This document shows, one piece after another, positions 55,621-64,000 of a DNA stretch of 64,000 nucleotides. The notes beneath the pieces were generated by a model. The model was not told the origin of the DNA, ran no database searches, and saw only the letters and a program-made list of their open reading frames with translations. Location: the NCBI RefSeq assembly GCF_963676685.1, contig NC_092347.1, positions 92,194,001 to 92,258,000 on the forward strand, written 5' to 3'. The position numbers and the translations under genes were made by a program. Every line of letters begins with the position of its first letter. Within the stretch, counting starts at the first letter, position 1. Source of the stretch: Mytilus edulis (Eukaryota).

Positions 55621-55972
55621 TTAATTTCCATCTTTTAATTTCTTTTTCATTTTTTCTTCTACATTGTCAAATAGATCAAATCTTATTCTGCTACTAGTTT
55701 CAGTTTTGGCATACACATTACAGTTATAAAACCATACATTTTCAAATTTTTCAGTGTTTTTAAGTCTTGCCATTAGTCCAAGATTGCGTTGTGATATGTC
55801 ATCATGCAATTTCACTTCATTTTTCAGGGATCTTTTTTGTCGCATTATCCGTATTTTAGTTTCAGTATTCTTTACCTTAACTATGACAGGCTTCTGATAA
55901 CCATCTTTCCCAGGTATTCTGTGGATGGCTAGTACATCACTGGGCTCAATATCTACTTTACAGTCACTACTT
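55621..55972 (-). pseudogene. C-terminal remnant of LINE ORF1
   Basis: Open frame SSDCKVDIEPSDVLAIHRIPGKDGYQKPVIVKVKN...LHDDISQRN...VWFYNCNVYAK resembles the L1 ORF1 RRM/CTD and is cut by the 5' truncation. Confidence 0.7.
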
Positions 55973-57664
55973 TACAGTTTAATAGTCTCAGTTATAGGTG
56001 ATGATGAATACAGTACAAATAAATTAAATGCAATTTTAACACTCAGGACTAAGAATTATATGAATAAATAATATAATACTACATTTTTCAACATGTAAAT
56101 TTAGTGATTTTTTTTTTAACGTCAGTGAAAGGATCCAGAATTTTCATAAATGGGGAGGGACACTGACTGCCTAAGCCTGGGGGGGGGCTATCCGGCCAGT
56201 CATGCCTCAGTGATTTCCTATATATATAATCAACCACTTTTTTCTGTTTTTTTATGCACCACAGGCACTTGTCTCAGAAAAAGAAATTCCTACATACCTT
56301 AATATAACACAGGCACTTCAATCTTGTCTCAGAAAAAAATCCCTATATACCTTAATATAACACTGGTTTAGTGCCTAGTTGTGAGGTGCACTACATGTAA
56401 CTAACTGTTTAAAATTGTGTTGTTTCGGTCATGACTTTTGCCATCTGTGTATTATTTTTTTTTTAAGTTGATTTGAAAATCTCACTAGAGATTGTGTTAC
56501 ATAATGTAGTTTATTGAATATCGACTCTAATTAAAACTCTTGAAAAACACATTGCATTTGTAGCCGGAGGGGATTTTACGTTGAATATTTCTGTGTCAAC
56601 TTTTACATATTTTACCCCAGACCTTGTAAAGAGTAGGTATCGGAATCCTGAGTCTCTGATCCTTCACATGTGGCTTTGTATGACTTAACATTAGAAGTTT
56701 TCGTAGTTTATTATATTAAATTACAATTTAGCAAATATCAACAATATTACAAAGATAAAAGTATTCAAATGTAAATAAGTTAAAACTCACAGAAAAGTGA
56801 CAAAATATGGTGAGGTCTGTGCAAGACCAGCAAGACTGACGATAGACATTTTGTTCTATATATAACAATGTTAACTTACAGTTAGTGGTAATTAAGGTTG
56901 CACAGACCATCAAGCTTTCTATATATGTAAAGCTATACAGCAGAGTGACTAGTGTCGACAAGCAATGTTACGTAGCTTTTCTTTCACAAAGCACCTACCG
57001 TAAAAAGTCTATATAAGCTCTCTAAATGATTTAGCAAATTTACAACAAATGGAAGTTTTTAACGACATTGACTGGCTATACAGCCCTTGCACAGCCGGTG
57101 TATATTTACCAATTGTTATCTCAGAATTAATGTTAATAGAGCAACTTGCCAAGATCAATAGAAAAGCTCTACAAGTAAATGATAAGTTGCAAATTTATCA
57201 AAATCTGTGAATATCTTCAACAAATTAAAGCGCAATAAAGTAAATAGATATAATGACATGTAAAACAATCATTTTTATCAATAATTTATATCAACAGTAA
57301 TATTTAAATGTTCAATTTCACAACAGTCTATTTTCAAAGGAAGTAATGTTGTTTTAAAAACTGGCTCTCCGCCACACATTGTTAGGAAATTATAAATATT
57401 CGGGTGTTAATTTTTTTCTGCATCTGAAAAATTTTCTACGACTCGATATGATTTGTATCAAAGGGTAAAAATCAGAGGCAGATTTAGGGGGGGGGGGCGC
57501 CCCGGCACCCCCCTTTTTGGGAAAAAATTTGGTTGCTTATATTGGGAATCACTGAAGAGTGACTGGAGCGGACCCCCTCTTAGGTCAGTCAGTGGGCCTC
57601 CACTTATGAAAATTTCTGGATCCGCCACTGAAAATCTTCTTTAAGATAAAAAGAACTTCACTTA

Positions 57665-57948
57665 GGCAGCAACCATTTGATTTTCTGGGGGGGGCTATGG
57701 TTTTTTTTTCTGGACAAATTTTTTTTTCTCGCCTGCAGCGAAAAACAATATATTTTTTTCGCGACAAGTCGAAAACATTTTTTTTCTTACAATTTTAGCA
57801 TTACATATAGTGGCAGCTGAGGGTGAAACAAACATTTTTTTTTTCTCAGAATCAAAAACAAATTATTTTTTTTCTCCAAAAACTGGAAACTAACTTTTTT
57901 TTCCAAAAAAAACCATAGACTCCCCCAGAAAATCAAATGGTTGCTGCC
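57665..57948. mobile_element. PIF/Harbinger-type MITE related to 14874-15152
   Basis: TIR GGCAGCAACCATTTGATTTTCTGGGGG / CCCCCAGAAAATCAAATGGTTGCTGCC with TSD TTA. Confidence 0.85.
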
Positions 57949-58982
57949 TTATATCGTCTTGGTACCTGTTTTGACGCGGACCAGAAATGACGCACCAATT
58001 TAGTTTTGGGTTTTATATTTCTAAACAAAAGATGTGACGTCATCGATAATTACTATTCATAACATGATGGTGAAGGTCATATGACTACAACATAGATGCC
58101 TCAAACTCTGTCCAGAAATGTTATTATTGCTTGAATTAGTAAAGATAATGCAATTTCTGCCATTTTATTAAGGTCAAAAACAGTCTACCCTTCCCAGAAT
58201 GATTATCAGTCCTAAATCCACTTTGGCCGGCAAAAGTATGTATGCACATGCTGCCCCAGTTTGTGTTTTTCAAATCATATGACTGTCATGTGACATGGTT
58301 TTACATTTAAGCGGGAATCACTGTAGAACAAATGATCGTCGCTTATATAATTTTCTATTGTTTATCGATTTTTATCGATTTTTTTCATTCATTGTACGAA
58401 GTATACATTGATAAATGTTTTAATGTCAATGTTGTTTTATGAATGCAATTACTTCTTATTTTCAAGTATATGGAATATATATGTCACTTTGATAAATTTT
58501 GAACAATTTTATATAAAATTTGAAATAAAATATAGGTTACAATTAAATTAATGAAAAAAATTGTGTTGCTATCAACATGATCATAAAAGTGACTGTAAAT
58601 GTCAAAATTTGTTATTAAAATTAAATTTGTTGAATAGTGTTAACTTTAAATTATCCGGATTGAAGCAATTTTTCGAACATCAGGTACACTGCAAGTGGTT
58701 TTTACTGGTTTGTTTATAGTGCGTCATTACTGGTACCCATCATAAGTTGACAGTCCGTTTGTAATGTTAGCAAACATGATTTTTATTGCTTTTACTGTTT
58801 CAAAAATCAACTGTTTAATGATTGAAATACATTAACAAGTGATCAATCTTTCATTCTATTCCGTGTTTCTTTTTCTTTTAAATGGTAGATTAAATGCAGA
58901 GACAAACACAACGTTAGGTGCGTCATTACTGGTTCCTCGGGGATAGTAGAAACTGTGAAAGATACTAATTCTATACAAATCA

Positions 58983-59093
58983 CAGGCACTTGTCTCAGAA
59001 TTTTTTCCCCCTTATATACCTTAATATAACAATTTGCCAGTTAAGTACCTTGTTTTATATTAAGTTATATATATTTTCTGAGACAAGTGCCTG
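58983..59093. repeat. Short palindromic MITE-like repeat; related half copies at about 56260-56362
   Basis: CAGGCACTTGTCTCAGAA ... TTCTGAGACAAGTGCCTG inverted repeat. Confidence 0.7.
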
Positions 59094-59964
59094 GGACACA
59101 AATCCTTGGATTTACAGACTTTCAAATATTTATATTTCCCGCATTTTTACTACTGGTCATGTGACTGTTCAAAATGGTGAACTGAAGGAAAACGAAACTG
59201 AAAGTGTTGCAATGTGAAACAGATACATGATAAGAATGAGTGTTGCAACAAATATTAGTCAATCAAAGTGGCAGTGTGTTTCATCTAAGTCATCAAAGAC
59301 TTGCACAAATGAAACAAAAGTGCAAAGACTACGTAAGTCTCATTTCGATAGTTTTATTTACATTAATTCATTTATAATTACATGATAATTAGGTTCGTCA
59401 TAGCAAATAGACAGAAATAGCTGTTGTCACCTCAAAAACTACTCTGGATACAGACCAATCTGAGCAGTTAGGGGGATAAGGACAAGCTATCACTAAATAT
59501 ATTGCAGACTAAGACTTTCAAGACTAATATCTTATTTTATACTTGGTGACCTATAGTTGTTAATGTCTGTGTCATTTTGGTCTTTTGTGGATAGTTGTCT
59601 CATAGGCAATCATACCACATCTTATTTTTTATATTTGGTGTATTCTGAGACTTCTAAATACATGTAACACAGAGATTGTTCACTAACATTTTCGAAATAA
59701 AACAATGTCTTCCGGCAAAGTTAACTACATTATTTTAACATACTGCGAAGACAGGTAATTTCAAAAAGACTGTAGGAGATGAATTTGAATTTCACAGCTG
59801 TGGAGAGTTGTCTCATTTGCAATCATACCACATCTACTTTTTTTATATTTGGTCTGAACCTTTTCCATTAATAATACAATATAATACAATAACTTAAGAG
59901 AATCTATAAATTTAGATTATTTTTACATCTCTGCAGGAAGAAACAAAACAATTAATGCTCATTC

Positions 59965-60490
59965 GAATCCATGACAAATCGCCCCACTGGCAAATCGCCC
60001 CACACCTAATCGCCCCACTTTTTCACAAACTCGCCCCACGGCAAATCGCCCCACTTTTTCACAAACTCGCCCCACTTTCTAAAAAAACGCCCCACTCTTG
60101 TTTACCAACTCGCCCTACTTATGAAAAGGGTAAACACCCATTGCAAATAGTTATGATAACATGCTCTCCTTATGAAAAGGGTTAAAATCCCTCTGAAATA
60201 CGGTCTGTCAACTGGCCCCACTCATGACAAATAGATAAACCACTAATAAAAAAGATGCAATCCCGTTGTATATCTTTGTCCCTGTTCAATAAGTTGGGCG
60301 AGTTGACAGGGGAAAAATTAACTGGATTTAACCCTTTTCACAAGTGAGGCGATTTTTTTAAAATGTGGGGCGAGTTGGTTAAACAGGTTGGGGCGATTTT
60401 TAAAATTTTTGTAATAGTGGGGCGAGTTGGTGAAAAAGTGGGGCGATTTGGTGTGGGGCGTTTTGCCAGTGGGGCGATTTGTCCTGCTTC
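59965..60490. mobile_element. Foldback/Mutator-like MITE with (TCGCCCCAC)n subterminal repeats
   Basis: GACAAATCGCCCCACTGGCAAA / TTTGCCAGTGGGGCGATTTGTC inverted ends, with a degenerate flanking direct repeat CTCATTC. Confidence 0.75.
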
Positions 60491-62424
60491 CACTCATTCA
60501 AATCCAATTGGTTTGTGTCCTGAGTATAAAGTAATTACGGAGACTATTCTCACATTCCTGGTTGGTAACAAAACACCATATCAGTCCTTTTCAAAATGTA
60601 TTGATAAATATTTTTCCTGGTCACATTCAGTAATTAGTAGTATTAAACTTTTATGCAAATGTGTCCACCCGACATTACTGAAGTCAAAATCAGTTTCTAT
60701 ATAATTTTGAAATTAAGATTTTTTAACCTGTACTGGCACAAATTCTTTTTGGTGTTGTTCTTTTCAGACTTTGTGTTATTATTCTTATGTGCATGTTTCA
60801 TTGTATAATACACTTCCTTTTAGGCAATGGTTACCGAAAACTATCACAATCAGGTATGCCTACATCATATTATGTACATGTATATGAACACTTATAAACA
60901 CATCTTTTGTGTACAACTCTCTCTGTGTATCTCTAAAATGAAAATAACTGGAATATATGTGTATCTAAATAAACTTTTTCTATGAAGTTTAAGATTGAAA
61001 TTACTAACATGATAAACAGTGTTCAGAAATTTTGAAACTTCCAGTGAAAATTCACATATAGATCTAATTGTTTTGAATATTATGGTAGTGGGAGGAAAAT
61101 GATACAATGAGACAGGAATGATATAGTTTCTTTTGATTGATAATTTCCATGTGCAGGAGGTTTCAAGATGTTTGAGGGCTGTTGGTTCACCAGCATCAAT
61201 AACATTAATATATTACATCTGTATATATACCTGATTTGTGTATGATGTGTATGTGTTGCCTAATATTTGGATTAACACCAATGATGATTTTAGGGTTTAT
61301 ATTTAATACATGTACATTGTGAATTGTAGGTTATACAGATGTAATATAGGTTCCTCTTTGTGTATTCATTCATTAAAAATAATTTTGTTTAACTGTTTAT
61401 ATTTACTTACACTTTGAAATTTACATCAGAAATTATGGATAGTTATTCTCTTTTCACAATTGGATTCAATGTCTGAAAAGTGAAAAGCTGGTTTACCAAT
61501 AAGTGTTATAACTACCTACATGACCTACATTTGTTCCTATTTACATTTTTTTTGGTAAAGATTACATGAAGTGCAATCAGACCCTATGGTACTAACTTTA
61601 TATCTATATCTTCCAAGGTATATCACTTACTTTGATAGTTCAAACAAAATAGTGCAGTGAAATAATCATTATTTAGGTCCTATCCAGTCAATGTCATGTA
61701 ATTTATTGGTAATATGTTTAACTTTGATATTTAAGTTACAGTATGATATATATGGGAATTACAATACTTGTCAAAAATACATTTATTAAGTAAAAATTGG
61801 TTATTGCTTTGGGGATGTACAGCGGGCAACTGCCAAACAGTGTCTATGCAACTGTTCAACCAAAACTTTTCAAATTTTGATATGTTGTTATTACAACCCT
61901 CGAGATACAACCATTTTTACAGAAAACTGGCCATTCCCGATAGTTTGATGAACGATACATAGTTCAAATTCAACATATAGACTAGCGATATTTATACTTT
62001 GTCCTTTACTCTCGGCGACCGAAACATTTTACAGCATTCCTGACGCGATTGGAAGCAGTACCTCTGGCCAAGGGAAGCCAGTCGAAATGGTACGGAATTG
62101 CTGATAAAATGTCGTCTATTTTGGGGAAGAAAGTTAAATGAACATTCAGACCACACAACCTATACAGTCTATACACAGCCTGACAACTTATTGTATTATT
62201 CTTTCCACGATGCAAGAGGACAAACACATGTTGGCAGAATAATTTTAACAAACATTTTCACAACAAAAACATTTTATTTTAATTTCTTTTTATAGTTTAC
62301 TTCCATACTTACAATGAACTTTCACTTTCACTTTCAGTTGCTATTAATAACGTTACTTATATATACCATTGTAACATTGTGACGTTTAAATTTTAACAAC
62401 CCGATTTTGTTCTTCAGCATGATT

Positions 62425-62485
62425 TTATGTATTGTTTTTATCCTGATGACGGTGCCCTAGGCACCGAAACATGTCGATCAATAAA
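62425..62485 (+). ncRNA. Minimal type I hammerhead ribozyme motif (Penelope-like element / retrozyme type)
   Basis: CTGATGA (62443-62449), extra C, stem II GGTGCC-CTA-GGCACC, GAAA (62466-62469), palindromic ACATGT stem III and a GTC cleavage triplet (62473-62475). Stem I is ATC/GAT extended by TATTG/CAATA. Confidence 0.7.
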
Positions 62486-64000
62486 TTTTCTGCAGCAGTC
62501 CCTAAAGTGTTGTTGTTATAAGACTCTCTACATTTTATGTTTTTTTATCATAACGACCCTGCATACCCGGCGAGGTATCCACTTTATGGACTCTACCGTA
62601 CTACAGACTCACCAGGCGTTGGTTCACTTTCGTTTGTAATTGTTGTTATTTAAAGTTTCACTTACTGTGCTTATCCAGTGACCTTTGGGGTATCACAATA
62701 GCAATGGCCAAAACGGTTTACCAAATTGCAGTTAGATTTCTTCTCCAACTAACTGATCAACTGGTAAAAGGTTTTAGCAGATTGCTCAAGTGAAATGTTG
62801 TTAGTATGAAGTGAGTGCTGTGAAATCAAAAGTAATACTTACCATCCAGATCCAGTTAGTTGATATTTTTGTCATTTGTTTCAAACACAAAAATGACTTA
62901 CTATAGTATGGGTCACTGAATAAGAAGGTCTAATTTTGACATGGAAACTTCTATCATAAACAGATTTTATAAATAGATAGTTCAAACCATTGTTTTGTAG
63001 ATGAAATTGGGGAACAGCAGTCAGCATTGTATAATAATCATAATCAATTTAAAAACAAACAACTTCGTCAACAAAGTAAAACAAAATGGCATTATAGAGA
63101 CACTCTATAGACAAAGCACATGTAATAAAAAATTTGAAAGACAAGAAGACATTTCATGCAATAGAAGAGACACAAGAGGGTATACATATGGTGTCCATTT
63201 GTCCATTTTTAAATCCCAAAAGTGTTTTAAGCTGTTTCAAGAATAAGAACAAAATGTAAATGTTACAGCCATAAATATTTTGTTTTCTCTATTGGTTATA
63301 TTTTCTGCTAAAATTTGTGGTTTGTATGGGAGAACTTTCAAAGAATGTGTTGACATCTTTCCTTGACTTTGATAAATATGGTTAAGATTAAAGGTATACG
63401 ACTTTGAAAAAAGTGGTTAAGATTAAAGGTACATGACTTTGGTAAATATGGAAAAGATTAAAGGAATACAATTATAGGCAAAAGTGCAGATGTCTGGGTT
63501 TAGTTCAGGTATATCAAAGTTGAAAGACAAAAAGTCCTTTCTTGTTACTGGTGAAAAAGGCCAAACATTTTTTCTCCAAACAATAATCCAATGAATAGTT
63601 AAAATATACTGTTGTAATACTTTTCAAGTTCTTTTGATATATCATTTCAATTTTAATTAAAACTCTGACTGAATGATTGATTGTTTTTTGGTAAACCATC
63701 TAGGGGGAAAATATCTCAATGCATAATCAAAAGGAAACTAATTGAAACAGAAATCCAATGAGTAGATCAACCAAACTGGGTCATTCTAGAATGAGTAGGT
63801 CAGGAAAACTGGGTCTTTCTGGGATGATCAGGTCTGGCAAACTAAATCAACCTAGGATGAAGGGCCTGTTTCTGAAAATTTGATAGTCTCTAAAAATATG
63901 TATATTGCAATAATTGCATACTCATGTAAATTCAGAAATTTTTGCATGCAATTAGTACAGAAAATGTTGAACAAAAGTGTAAATTAGTAAGACTAATTAT

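Larger units (their letters stand above)
50995..55979 (-). mobile_element. L1/Tx1-clade non-LTR retrotransposon, 5'-truncated within ORF1
   Basis: 16-bp TSD TAATAGTCTCAGTTAT (50979-50994 / 55980-55995), an A-rich tail with AATAAA at the 3' end, an ORF1 remnant, and ORF2 with APE, RT and zinc finger. Confidence 0.93.

Noticed and set aside
59150-59340. Possible first exon of another gene (MSVATNISQSKWQC...QRL|gtaag) downstream of a GTCATGTGAC E-box
   Set aside because: There is no recognisable homology and I could not connect it to convincing downstream exons. RNA-seq is needed.
60490-63900. Coding-like stretches on the minus strand
   Set aside because: Frames are interrupted by stops and no family motif was recognised, so a gene or pseudogene call cannot be supported.

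Overview
AT-rich, intron-rich animal genomic DNA. The repeat landscape is most consistent with a bivalve mollusc such as Mytilus (inference). Three housekeeping genes can be spliced by hand with canonical GT-AG sites and consistent phases: AK6 (minus strand, 4 coding exons, 175 aa) head-to-head with PARP16 (plus, 6 exons, 324 aa), and proteasome subunit PSMA4 (plus, 7 firm coding exons plus a candidate ATG exon, about 256 aa). Between and inside them lie a young 9.1-kb Gypsy LTR retrotransposon missing RNase H and the integrase core, a 5'-truncated L1/Tx1-type LINE with a 16-bp TSD, a five-copy 770-bp tandem array, Helentron-type non-autonomous elements, MITEs, SINE-like repeats and minisatellites. 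Three observations stand out. (1) A PSMA4 intron holds about 25 tandem copies of the next exon's own 3' splice site plus exon start, each an AG|GTAAA junction that would regenerate a donor after splicing, so this is a candidate ratchet or recursive-splicing array. AK6 has a one-copy analogue. (2) A miniature LTR element (TRIM) carries a tRNA-derived Pol III cassette in its LTRs and shares PBS, terminus and TSD length with the neighbouring Gypsy. (3) A minimal hammerhead ribozyme motif lies near 62.45 kb. All calls are by eye and no database searches were run.
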